Assembly (NCBI GenBank): GCA_963662945.1
Contig: OY759974.1
Span: forward strand, 800,001 to 864,000
Source of the DNA: Arcobacteraceae bacterium
Lineage (GTDB): Bacteria > Campylobacterota > Campylobacteria > Campylobacterales > Arcobacteraceae
Direction of reading: 5' to 3'
Length of the DNA: 64,000 nucleotides
The notes beneath the pieces are model-generated. The model did not search any database, had not been told where the DNA came from, and was given only the letters and a program-made list of their open reading frames with translations. Position numbers and translations under genes: made by a program. Position 1 is the stretch's first letter, and the number at the start of each line of letters is the position of its first letter. Below are positions 1 to 9,414 of the stretch, piece after piece.

Positions 1-1011
1 CTTCCAATCCTTTCCAACACTCATCAATAAATAAAACTTTATCATTTTCTAAACTATATTCAAGTTCTGGTTCTGGAAGACTTAGTCCATTTAATTTTGC
101 TTTTTCTCTTGTAAATTTAAAATTTGGAGGTGTTGGATCACCAAGTTTTATTTCTAAATTACACTTATCAGCTATCTCTTGTGTATTTGTAATAGCTTCT
201 GGTATATCTGCATAAAGTCTAGCTATCTCTTGTGGTGATTTTACATAAAACTCATGCACACTATGTCTCATACGATTTGGGTCATCATAAAGTTTATTCA
301 TAGCTATACACATAAATGCTTCGTGCGCTTCTGCATCTTTAGGATTTGTATAGTGTGTATCATTTGTAGCAACTATTTTTATACCTGTTTCAAGGCTTAG
401 TTGAATAATTTGTTTATCAATATAATGTGATCAACAATTCCATGTCGCATAATTTCAAGGTAAAAATCATCACCAAACATCTCTTTATATTCTAATGCGA
501 TTCGTTTTGCTTCAGCATATCCTTTTGCACCATTTTTAACATTTCGTTCATTATTTAAATTAAGATGCCAGTTAATCTCTCCTTGTAAACAAGCAGCAGT
601 ACAAACTAATCCTTCACAATTATCTTTTAAAAGTTTTTTGTTAATTCTAGGGTAATAATAAAATCCATGCATATATGCTTGACTTGAAAGAAACATAAGG
701 TTTTTATACCCAATATCATTTTTTGCATATAAACATAAGTGAAATCGTTGTTTAGTGGACTTATCTCCTATATCATCTTGATTATGTAGATACGCTTCCA
801 TACCAATGATAGGTTTAATCCCCTCTTTTCTCATTGTGTTGTAAAAATCAATAGTACCAAACATATTACCATGATCAGTCATAGCAACACTAGTCATTCC
901 TAGCTCTTTTACTTTTGCTGCTAATACTTTTATTTTATTGGCACCATCAAGCATTGAATATTCAGTATGAAGATGTAAATGTGTAAATTGTGGAGTTTCG
1001 TTATTTGACAT
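1..1011 (-). CDS. dnaE: DNA polymerase III alpha subunit, N-terminal part (runs off the window start); 1-nt frameshift near 427/428
   Basis: PHP-domain motifs HLHLHTEYS and TDHG in ORF 397..1011. The DnaE sequence continues in another frame from 427 to 1 (HYIDKQIIQLSLETGIKIVATNDTHY...) without stops. Confidence 0.93.
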
Positions 1012-1064
1012 AATCCTACTTTATTAAAAATTTATATGTGATTATATCCTAATAGTTTTAAAAT

Positions 1065-1096
1065 AAAAAAAGCCAGCAAATAATTGCTGGCTTTTT
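1065..1096 (-). terminator. Rho-independent terminator after rplQ
   Basis: AAAAAAAGCCAGCAA-ATAA-TTGCTGGCTTTTT hairpin flanked by A/T tracts. Confidence 0.85.
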
Positions 1097-1118
1097 AAAA
1101 ATAAATTTATTTTATTTA

Positions 1119-1469
1119 CTATACAAATGAAATGTAAGCCATTTGTGTAGCATCACCTCTTCTGATTCTTGTTTTAACGATTGATGTATATCCACCGTTT
1201 CTCTCAGTATATTTTGGTGCTAATTCTGTTACAAGTTTATTTGTAGCAGCTTTATGTTGAAGTGAAGCAAAAACTAATCTATGTGAATTTAAATCTCCAC
1301 TCGCAGCTTTTGTTACTAATTTTTCCATATATCTTTTTAACTCTTTAGCTTTTGGTAAAGTAGTTTCAATTCTTTCTCTTTCAATCATTGCTATAGCAAG
1401 ATTTGCTAATAATGCTTTTCTATGAGAAGATGTTCTACTAAGCTTTCTATATCCATGCTTATGTCTCAT
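1119..1469 (-). CDS. rplQ: 50S ribosomal protein L17
   Basis: [21 protein letters not shown]...RNGGYT. Confidence 0.99.
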   Translation of the reverse strand: MRHKHGYRKLSRTSSHRKALLANLAIAMIERERIETTLPKAKELKRYMEKLVTKAASGDLNSHRLVFASLQHKAATNKLVTELAPKYTERNGGYTSIVKTRIRRGDATQMAYISFV

Positions 1470-1488
1470 TATTCGACCCTTTCTTTTA

Positions 1489-2493
1489 TTAAGCTTTAAT
1501 TTGCTCTAATTTTTTTCTTAAAGCTGATGCTGTATCTTCAGGAAGGCTACTATCTATTGGATAACCTATCTCAGCAAACTTATCAGAAATCTCTTCTAAA
1601 GATTTTTTTCCTAAGTTTTTAATACTTTTTACTTCAACTTCACTCATAAGTGCTAAATCACCAACATATTTAATTCCCGCTCTATCTAGTGAATTAAAAC
1701 TTCGAGCACTTAAATTTAAATCATCTATTTTTACAATTAAATCTTTTAAATCTATTGAACTCTCAGATGCATTTGATTCTACAAGTTTTACCTCTGCTAA
1801 GTCAAATACTTTATTAAATACTGACATTTGAGAATACATAGTACTTACTGCTTCTTTAAATGCATCAATTGGAGAAATTTGTCCATCAGTTTCAACTGTA
1901 AATACAGCTTTTTCATAGTTTGGATTATCTTCTACCAATATTTTTTCTATATCATAAGTTACTTTTTTTACTGGCGTAAAGAAAGCATCAACTGGAATAT
2001 AATCTGCTGGAACTAAATCTCTTAAATCCTCACTTGGAACATATCCAATACCTTTTTGTATAATAACAGAAAAGTTTAATGTACAGTCACTATTAATTGT
2101 AGCTAAATGATGTTCTTTATTTATAACTTCTATATCGTCATTTTCTAAACTTGAAGCTTTTATCTCTTGTGCATTACTAAATGAATATTCTACTTCAACT
2201 TGCTCTTGATCACCTTTAATTTTAAATCTTAACTCTTTTAAGTTAATAATAAAAATAGCGATATCTTCAAGCATACCTCTAATAGAGTCAAATTCATGTT
2301 TTGCACCCTCGATTTTAACAGCAATTGGAGAATATCCAACTGAACTGCTCATTAAAAGTCTTCTTAATGGGTGTGCTAAAGTTATAGCGTACCCACTTTC
2401 AAAAGGAAAAGCACTAATTTTAGCACTAGTTTCAGTAATTTGTTCTATCTCTACCTCTGTTGGTAAAAATGGAGCATCTACAAATTTTTTCAT
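1489..2493 (-). CDS. rpoA: RNA polymerase alpha subunit
   Basis: [16 protein letters not shown]; alpha-[12 protein letters not shown]...KNLGKKS; operon position. Confidence 0.99.
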   Translation of the reverse strand: MKKFVDAPFLPTEVEIEQITETSAKISAFPFESGYAITLAHPLRRLLMSSSVGYSPIAVKIEGAKHEFDSIRGMLEDIAIFIINLKELRFKIKGDQEQVEVEYSFSNAQEIKASSLENDDIEVINKEHHLATINSDCTLNFSVIIQKGIGYVPSEDLRDLVPADYIPVDAFFTPVKKVTYDIEKILVEDNPNYEKAVFTVETDGQISPIDAFKEAVSTMYSQMSVFNKVFDLAEVKLVESNASESSIDLKDLIVKIDDLNLSARSFNSLDRAGIKYVGDLALMSEVEVKSIKNLGKKSLEEISDKFAEIGYPIDSSLPEDTASALRKKLEQIKA

Positions 2494-2516
2494 ATATTTT
2501 CCTTTAAATTTTTTTA

Positions 2517-3143
2517 TTATTTAGAATATAACTCTACTATTAGTCTTTCTTCAACTGGAATAACTACTTCTTCTCTATTAGGTATTCTTGTAAAAATTCC
2601 AAAAACTTTATCTTTATCTACATCAACCCATTCAACCATACCAGTTTGATTTGTTAATTCTAAAGATCTAACGATTTGTGCATTAGATTTTGATTTTTCT
2701 TTTACTTCAATTTTTTGACCTGCTTTTACTATACAAGAAGGAATATCAACTTTTTTACCATCTACTAAGATGTGTCCGTGTGTTACGAATTGTCTAGCAT
2801 TTGCTCTAGTTGTTGCAAATCCCATTCTGTAAACTACGTTGTCAAGTCTTGTTTCAATTAATGTAATAAGGTTAGCCCCTGTATTACCTTCTCTTCTTGC
2901 AGCTTCTTTAAAGTATTTTCTGAATTGTTTTTCAGATACACCGTAAATAATTTTTGCTTTTTGCTTTTCTTGAAGTTGCATACCATATTCTGATAATTTT
3001 GCTCTTCTTTGTCCATGTTGTCCAGGAGCAAAAGGTCTTTTTTCTAAAGCAGATTTACCGTTTAGTCTTCTTTCACCTTTAAGTCCAAGGTCAGCATTAA
3101 GTCTTCTTTCTAGTTTTTCAACTGGTCCTCTATATCTTGCCAT
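2517..3143 (-). CDS. rpsD: 30S ribosomal protein S4
   Basis: MARYRGP...PGQHG...[12 protein letters not shown]...VELYSK. Confidence 0.99.
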   Translation of the reverse strand: MARYRGPVEKLERRLNADLGLKGERRLNGKSALEKRPFAPGQHGQRRAKLSEYGMQLQEKQKAKIIYGVSEKQFRKYFKEAARREGNTGANLITLIETRLDNVVYRMGFATTRANARQFVTHGHILVDGKKVDIPSCIVKAGQKIEVKEKSKSNAQIVRSLELTNQTGMVEWVDVDKDKVFGIFTRIPNREEVVIPVEERLIVELYSK

Positions 3144-3152
3144 TCCTTATCC

Positions 3153-3545
3153 TTATACTCTTCTTCTTTTTGGAGGTCTACAACCATTATGTGGTAATGG
3201 TGTAACATCTTTAAACCATTTAACTGTAATACCTTCAATAGCACCGATAGCTTTAACTGCTGTATCTCTACCAGAACCTGGTCCTTGAACTTTGATACCA
3301 ACATTTTTAATACCGTGCTCTATCGCTTTTTGTAAAGCATCTTCAACTGCTGCTGTTGCTGCAAATGGAGTAGATTTTTTACTTCCTCTGAAACCTAAGT
3401 TACCAGCACTTGACCAAGAAATTGTGTTTCCTGCGTTATCTGTTACTGTTACCATAGTGTTGTTAAATGTTGCTGCTATATGAACGATACCGTCAGCAAT
3501 ATTCTTTTTTACTATTTTTTTTCTAGTTACTTTTCTTTTTGCCAT
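3153..3545 (-). CDS. rpsK: 30S ribosomal protein S11
   Basis: ATFNNT...KSTPFAA...[15 protein letters not shown]. Confidence 0.99.
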   Translation of the reverse strand: MAKRKVTRKKIVKKNIADGIVHIAATFNNTMVTVTDNAGNTISWSSAGNLGFRGSKKSTPFAATAAVEDALQKAIEHGIKNVGIKVQGPGSGRDTAVKAIGAIEGITVKWFKDVTPLPHNGCRPPKRRRV

Positions 3546-3554
3546 TAGTTATCC

Positions 3555-3923
3555 TTATTTAGCCGCTGCGCCAACAGTTTTCTTTTTACCTTTTCTTGTT
3601 CGAGCATTTGTTTTTGTTTTTTGCCCTCTACATGGTAAACCTTTTCTGTGTCTTAAACCTCTGTATGAACCTAAAGCCATAAGTGCTTTAATATCCATTG
3701 CAACTTTCTTTCTTAAATCCCCTTCTACCATGTAGTTTTCTTGGATTTCATTTCTTATTGCAGCAACTTCGTCTTCTGTTAACTCATGAACTCTTTTATC
3801 ATAAGAAATACCTGTAGCATTTAAGATTAATCTTGAAGTGTGTAAACCTATACCGAAAATATAAGTTAAAGCATACTCCATTCTCTTTTTTTGTGGTAAG
3901 TCTGTACCTGCTATCCTAGCCAT
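3555..3923 (-). CDS. rpsM: 30S ribosomal protein S13
   Basis: MARIAG...[26 protein letters not shown]. Confidence 0.99.
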   Translation of the reverse strand: MARIAGTDLPQKKRMEYALTYIFGIGLHTSRLILNATGISYDKRVHELTEDEVAAIRNEIQENYMVEGDLRKKVAMDIKALMALGSYRGLRHRKGLPCRGQKTKTNARTRKGKKKTVGAAAK

Positions 3924-3925
3924 GC

Positions 3926-4039
3926 TTATCCTTGTCTTTGTTTATGTTTTTTAGTCTCACAAATTACTCTTGTGATACCTTTTCTTTTGACAATTTTACA
4001 TTTGTCACACATTTTTTTTACTGAAGCTCTTACTTTCAT
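3926..4039 (-). CDS. rpmJ: 50S ribosomal protein L36 (37 aa; absent from the ORF track)
   Basis: Hand translation [45 protein letters not shown] upstream. Confidence 0.98.
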   Translation of the reverse strand: MKVRASVKKMCDKCKIVKRKGITRVICETKKHKQRQG

Positions 4040-4060
4040 ATAAGTGTCCTTATAGTATTT

Positions 4061-4176
4061 TTCCAAGTTCTATCACAGGTATAAAAATCTTTGTTTTATA
4101 CCAACTCTTTATAAAACCTATTTGCAAAGTTTTATAAAAACTTCTCACTGGTTATAGAAAATGGAAGCGAATTATA
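4061..4176 (-). promoter_or_regulatory. Promoter (-10 TATAAT at 4171-4176) and structured 5' leader of the rpmJ-rplQ operon
   Basis: Nested complementary segments 4061-4065/4162-4166, 4068-4073/4154-4159, 4078-4086/4094-4102 and 4108-4117/4129-4138. Confidence 0.6.
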
Positions 4177-4218
4177 TTTAACTTTTGCTTAAATATTTAT
4201 AAATTCTAACTTAATTTC

Positions 4219-5373
4219 TTAATTATATTGTTCAATTGCTTTTTTTACTGTATTGTAAAAGATATGGTGAGGAGCAAAATATATCGCATCATATTTATCT
4301 CCTTGAAAGTGTGAAACAACTCCAACAAAGAAAAAAGCAATATTTTTTTTCTCTTTTGAAACAGTCATTACTACAGGTCCACCTGATGCACCTTTAAAAC
4401 CACTACAATTACTTTTACCATATAAATTATTATAATAATCAATTTTACATTTTGGGTCATAGGTTAAAATACTGCCATAATCTCCTATATCACTTGAAAA
4501 GCCAGCTAATGATGCAAAATGATATTTATATTCTTCTTGTAATTTTTTAAAACTTCTTTTATCTATAATGATTGGCTCAACTTCACTCTTTGATATAGTT
4601 GAACTTAATATTAAAATTGCATAGTCACTTCTTTGTTTTAATTTTGGATCAAATTTACTATCTTTATATATTGTTGCATATTTTTGCATTATTTGATTTT
4701 CTTTTGTTTTTATTATAAATCGTATTGAACCAGCATTTTTATCAAATTGACTTAAACAATGTGATGCTGTAATTATGACACGAGAATTACTAATATTATC
4801 AAAGTTTACCAAGGATGCTGAACATTTTTTTATTTTTGTTTGTGTTCTGTTTTTTTCTATAGTTAGTTTTGTCGGCACTATTAACCGTCCAATTGCATGT
4901 GTCCAACTAGGAGAAGAGGAAGTAACAATTTGTCTTGTATCATTTATTAAACTCTCTTCATGCTCCAAAAGTTTCTGAACTGTCTTTATTTTTTTTTCTA
5001 CACTCTTATTTCCAAGGTTTTTAGATTCCGTATATGAATGCAATGCTAATTTATATTTTTTCCCTTTGTAATACAAGTCAGCTTCTTTCTCATACAATTT
5101 TGATAATTTTGACTTTGCTAATCTTCCACCAAGTTTTATTGCTTCTTGATAATACTTTTTAGCTTCTTCAAAATTGTATATTCTAGAAAAATTATCTCCC
5201 AATCTGGTATAAGTTTGAGCAAGTTTTATATAAAGATATTTATCATCTTCAATTGTGGATTGTTTGTAATATTCTATTGCTTTAATATAGTTGCCATTTT
5301 GAAACTCAATATCACCTTGTTGAGTATTTGCATAGAGTAAACAATATAATAAACAAAACAATACTAATCTCAA
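4219..5373 (-). CDS. Secreted TPR-repeat protein with a C-terminal trypsin-like serine protease domain
   Basis: Signal peptide, TPR-like helices, catalytic-triad motifs TASHC, SDYAIL and GASGGP. Confidence 0.8.
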   Translation of the reverse strand: MRLVLFCLLYCLLYANTQQGDIEFQNGNYIKAIEYYKQSTIEDDKYLYIKLAQTYTRLGDNFSRIYNFEEAKKYYQEAIKLGGRLAKSKLSKLYEKEADLYYKGKKYKLALHSYTESKNLGNKSVEKKIKTVQKLLEHEESLINDTRQIVTSSSPSWTHAIGRLIVPTKLTIEKNRTQTKIKKCSASLVNFDNISNSRVIITASHCLSQFDKNAGSIRFIIKTKENQIMQKYATIYKDSKFDPKLKQRSDYAILILSSTISKSEVEPIIIDKRSFKKLQEEYKYHFASLAGFSSDIGDYGSILTYDPKCKIDYYNNLYGKSNCSGFKGASGGPVVMTVSKEKKNIAFFFVGVVSHFQGDKYDAIYFAPHHIFYNTVKKAIEQYN

Positions 5374-5375
5374 GT

Positions 5376-6083
5376 CTATTTCCTAAAATAAAAAAGCTCT
5401 TCTATATTACCACTCTTGCCAGATAATTGACTTATTTTATTATAAATAAGTTTCCAACCCAATTGTGATACTGTATCTAAAAACTCTTCTTTACATTTTT
5501 CAATTGCAATAGTATCAGTAACAACACCTTTACTATCTCTTTTTACACTTTTTCCAACTTCAAATTGTGGCTTATAAAGAATAATAATTTTATCACTGCA
5601 TAATCTATCTATATCTTCTATTATATTTAAAATACTAATAAAAGAAACATCACAAGTTACCATATTATATTTTTTATTTGGATAAAACTTTCGTATATCT
5701 GTGTTTTCTTGTATTATGATTTTAGGATTATTTTTAAGAGTTTCATGAAGCTGATTCGTTCCAACATCAACACAAGTTACACTTCCTACACTTGAAGCTA
5801 ATAAAATTTGTGTAAATCCGCCTGTAGAAGAACCTATGTCTAAAGCTTCTGTATCTTTTAAATCAATAGGATATTCTTCTAAAAAATATTTTAATTTATA
5901 TGCCGCACGACTTACAAAAAACTCTTCTTGTGCAATAAATACATCCGTACCCTCTTCCACATCAAATGATGGTTTTGTTACTATTTTACCATCAACTAAA
6001 ACTTTTTTTGACTTTATTAATTCATTTGCTTTATTTCTACTTTGAATATTGTTATGCTTTGTTAAGTATATGTCTAATCTCAT
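5376..6083 (-). CDS. tlyA: TlyA-family rRNA 2'-O-methyltransferase
   Basis: S4 domain MRLD, VSRAAYKL, LDIGSSTGGFT, DVSFIS, KPQFE. Confidence 0.93.
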   Translation of the reverse strand: MRLDIYLTKHNNIQSRNKANELIKSKKVLVDGKIVTKPSFDVEEGTDVFIAQEEFFVSRAAYKLKYFLEEYPIDLKDTEALDIGSSTGGFTQILLASSVGSVTCVDVGTNQLHETLKNNPKIIIQENTDIRKFYPNKKYNMVTCDVSFISILNIIEDIDRLCSDKIIILYKPQFEVGKSVKRDSKGVVTDTIAIEKCKEEFLDTVSQLGWKLIYNKISQLSGKSGNIEELFYFRK

Positions 6084-6139
6084 AGAGTGATTGTACTTAA
6101 ATTTTAGTTAGATATAGCAAAATGACTAACTCAATGATT

Positions 6140-6160
6140 TAAGAGTAATTTTATCTTATT
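6140..6160 (+). promoter_or_regulatory. Palindromic operator upstream of tpx, near-identical to the nifS site
   Basis: TAAGA-GTAATTTTA-TCTTATT just upstream of a TAAACT -10-like hexamer. Confidence 0.6.
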
Positions 6161-6205
6161 TGATTAAACTTCTACCACTTAAAACAAAAAAAAGGATTTA
6201 GAAAT

Positions 6206-6757
6206 ATGGCAACAGTAACATTTAAAAATGACACAGTATGTAATTTAGCGGGAAATGAAATCAATGTTGGAGATGCAGCTCCAGTTGTAACAGTTGTAAA
6301 CTGTAACCCAATGCTTCAAAATGAAACAATCGGTGGTGCACAAGATAAAGCTCAACTAGTAATAGTTGTACCTTCATTAGATACTCCAGTATGTGATGCA
6401 GAAACAAGAAAATTCAACACAGAAGCAGCATCTATTAAAGGTGTTACAGTAAAAACTGTATCTATGGATTTACCTTTTGCAGCAGCAAAATTCTGTTCAA
6501 CTGCAGGTATTGAAAATTTAGCAGTATGTTCAGATTTTAGAAACAAAGATTTTGCAAACGCTTATGGTATGCTTTTAGCAGATGGTCCTTTAGCTGGATT
6601 AACTTGTAGAGCAGTATTTGTAATCGATTGTTCTGGAAAAGTAACTTATAAAGAGTTAGTACCTGAAATTACAGCAGAGCCTGATTATGCAGCAGCTATT
6701 GAAGCAGCTAAAGCAGTAGCTGGTTCAACATGTTGTGGTGGTGGACACTGTTCATAA
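6206..6757 (+). CDS. tpx: Thiol peroxidase (atypical 2-Cys peroxiredoxin) with a Cys-rich C-terminal tail
   Basis: PSLDTPVC, SMDLPFA, EPDY motifs. Confidence 0.95.
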   Translation: MATVTFKNDTVCNLAGNEINVGDAAPVVTVVNCNPMLQNETIGGAQDKAQLVIVVPSLDTPVCDAETRKFNTEAASIKGVTVKTVSMDLPFAAAKFCSTAGIENLAVCSDFRNKDFANAYGMLLADGPLAGLTCRAVFVIDCSGKVTYKELVPEITAEPDYAAAIEAAKAVAGSTCCGGGHCS

Positions 6758-6783
6758 TAAATAATTTTTATTATTCAAGTTCG

Positions 6784-6812
6784 AGGGAAGTGTTACTACG
6801 CTTCCCTTTTTT
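6784..6812 (+). terminator. Rho-independent terminator after tpx
   Basis: AGGGAAGTG...CGCTTCCCT hairpin followed by a T-tract. Confidence 0.8.
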
Positions 6813-6900
6813 ATTATATAAAAAAATAATTTTACAAGTATTCATACTTTATTCATTGTTTTCATATATAATACCCACTATTTAATACAATTAGGAAGGA

Positions 6901-9261
6901 ATGTTAATGTACAAAAATATGACAATAAAAATGAAACTTATTAGTTCATTTGTGGTTGTTTCTGTACTTGTTGCAATTTTGGCAATATACAGTATAACAG
7001 CTGTTGGAAAATCTGCTGATGGATTTACAAGTTATAGAGAGATGGCAAAGCATAGTGTACTTGCAGGACGAGTTCAAGCAAATATGCTTATGGTAAGAAT
7101 GAATGTGAAAGATTATCTAAAAACTAAATCACAAAAAGATATTGATGAATTTAATGATTATTATAATAAAACAGAAGGTTTTATAAAGACTGCACTTAAA
7201 GAAATCAAAGATCCATCAAGAAATCCAGCAATTGTAAAAATTAATGAAGATTTAACAACTTATAAAGAAAATTTTTACAAAGTTATTAATTATATGAATC
7301 AAAGAGATGATATTAAGACAAATATTCTTGATAAAAATGGAAAAGAGATAGAACAACTTCTTACATCAGTAATGTATAGTGCTAAAGCAGATAAAGATTA
7401 CACTGCATCTTTAGAAACCTGTGGTTCTCTTAGAAGTTTATTATTAGCAAGACTTTATACAGCAAAATTTCTAGATTCAAATAGTGAAGATGATTTAAAT
7501 AGAGTACATAAAGAATTTGATGATCTTCATTCAATGATAAAAAATTTAAAAAAAGAGATACAAAACCCTAATAGAGTTGCTCAACTCAATAAATCATTTT
7601 CATTAATAAATGGTTATGAAAATGGGGTTAACCAAATTCATCAAATTATTGTAGATAGAAATAAAATCATCAATGAAAAATTAAATGTTTTAGGTCCAAA
7701 CATAGCAAAACTAACCGAAGATATAAAACTTTCAATTAAAAAAGATCAAGATACTATTGGTCCTGAAGTTGCAAGTTTAAATGACAGTATTAAATTTATG
7801 ACAGTTATTATCTCTATTATTATTTTAATTATTTCTATTACTTTATCTATAATTATTCCAAGAGATATTGCTAATCTTATTGAAACATTTCAAAAAGGAT
7901 TATTGGGATTTTTTAGTTACCTAAATAAAGAAACAACAACTGTACAACCAATCAATATTGACTCAAATGATGAAATAGGTGTTATGACAAAAGTTGTAAA
8001 TGAAAATATCACTAAAACAAGAACTTTAATAGACCAGGATACAGCATTACTTGATGATGTAAAAAGAGTAGTTACAGAAGTTGGGCAAGGTAGATTAAAT
8101 CAAAGAATAGAAAAATCAACACAAAGTGAAAACTTAACAGAACTTAAAGAGATATTTAATAATATGCTTGAAGTTACAAGTAAAAATGTGTGTGAAGATA
8201 TAAATAAAATCAATAGAGTTCTGAAAAGTTTCTCTAAATTAGACTTTAGAGACAGAGTAGAAAATGATATTGGTGGTGTTGCTAAAGGATTAAATAATTT
8301 AGCAGAGATAATAAATCAAATGTTAATAGAAAATAAAGCAAACGGTTTAACATTAGATAATAGTAGTGATATATTACTTAAAAATGTAGATATCCTAAAC
8401 CAAAACTCAAATGAAGCAGCAGCAGCTTTAGAAGAAACAGCAGCAGCTTTAGAAGAGATTACAGGTAATATTTCTAGTAATACAGATAATATAATCCAAA
8501 TGTCTAAACTAGCTTCAAATGTAACAGAATCAGCTTCAAGAGGTGAAGCTCTAGCAAATGAAACAACACAAGCTATGAATGAGATAGATAAAGAGGTAAA
8601 TGCTATTAATGAAGCAATTACTGTTATTGATCAAATTGCATTCCAAACAAATATTTTAAGTTTAAATGCAGCAGTTGAAGCTGCAACTGCAGGGGAAGCT
8701 GGAAAAGGATTTGCAGTTGTTGCACAAGAGGTTAGAAACTTAGCTTCAAGAAGTGCTGATGCAGCAAATGAGATTAAAGCTCTAGTACAAAATGCAACAT
8801 CTAAAGCAAATGGTGGAAAGAAAATTGCAGAAGAGATGATAAGTGGGTACACAGCACTTAATGAAAATATCTCTAAAACAATAGATTTAATCAAAGATGT
8901 GGAGATGGCAAGTAAAGAACAACTAACAGGAATTGAACAAATCAATGATGCAGTTAACTCTTTAGACCAACAAACACAACAAAATGCAATGATAGCTTCT
9001 CAAACTCATGATGTTGCATTAGATACAGATAAGATTGCAAAATTAGTTGTAAGTGATGCTAATACAAAAGAGTTTATAGGAAAAAATGATGTAAAAGCTA
9101 AAACTATGGATAAACATCAAACAGCTACTCCAAGTAGCTCACCAAAACCTCAAACTTCAAAACAAGATATACCCAAACCTGTATCTCAATCTAAACCATC
9201 AAAACAAATAGAACCTATTAAAGCTTCTAAGAGTGACGATGATGAGTGGGCAAGCTTTTAG
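6901..9261 (+). CDS. Methyl-accepting chemotaxis protein with a helical (HBM-like) periplasmic sensor
   Basis: Two TM helices; [31 protein letters not shown]-terminal EWASF pentapeptide. Confidence 0.95.
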   Translation: MLMYKNMTIKMKLISSFVVVSVLVAILAIYSITAVGKSADGFTSYREMAKHSVLAGRVQANMLMVRMNVKDYLKTKSQKDIDEFNDYYNKTEGFIKTALKEIKDPSRNPAIVKINEDLTTYKENFYKVINYMNQRDDIKTNILDKNGKEIEQLLTSVMYSAKADKDYTASLETCGSLRSLLLARLYTAKFLDSNSEDDLNRVHKEFDDLHSMIKNLKKEIQNPNRVAQLNKSFSLINGYENGVNQIHQIIVDRNKIINEKLNVLGPNIAKLTEDIKLSIKKDQDTIGPEVASLNDSIKFMTVIISIIILIISITLSIIIPRDIANLIETFQKGLLGFFSYLNKETTTVQPINIDSNDEIGVMTKVVNENITKTRTLIDQDTALLDDVKRVVTEVGQGRLNQRIEKSTQSENLTELKEIFNNMLEVTSKNVCEDINKINRVLKSFSKLDFRDRVENDIGGVAKGLNNLAEIINQMLIENKANGLTLDNSSDILLKNVDILNQNSNEAAAALEETAAALEEITGNISSNTDNIIQMSKLASNVTESASRGEALANETTQAMNEIDKEVNAINEAITVIDQIAFQTNILSLNAAVEAATAGEAGKGFAVVAQEVRNLASRSADAANEIKALVQNATSKANGGKKIAEEMISGYTALNENISKTIDLIKDVEMASKEQLTGIEQINDAVNSLDQQTQQNAMIASQTHDVALDTDKIAKLVVSDANTKEFIGKNDVKAKTMDKHQTATPSSSPKPQTSKQDIPKPVSQSKPSKQIEPIKASKSDDDEWASF
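8386..9017 (+). repeat. Copy 1 of a ~630-bp near-identical repeat (MCP signalling domain)
   Basis: Long identical runs shared with 10882..11513. Confidence 0.9.
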
Positions 9262-9414
9262 GCTTGTCTTCTCTATTAAGCACTCTATTTTTACTTTTAT
9301 AGAAATAATTTTTTTAAATATTTTTTATCATTTACTTAGTAATACTTTGGTATAATCGCAAAATTTTTACAAAATGTGACATTTGTGACATTTATAATTT
9401 AGAAAAGGATATTT

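Noticed and set aside
8410-8460. GCAGCAGCTTTAGAAGA short tandem repeat
   Set aside because: It encodes the AAALEE methylation heptads of the MCP; it is not an array.
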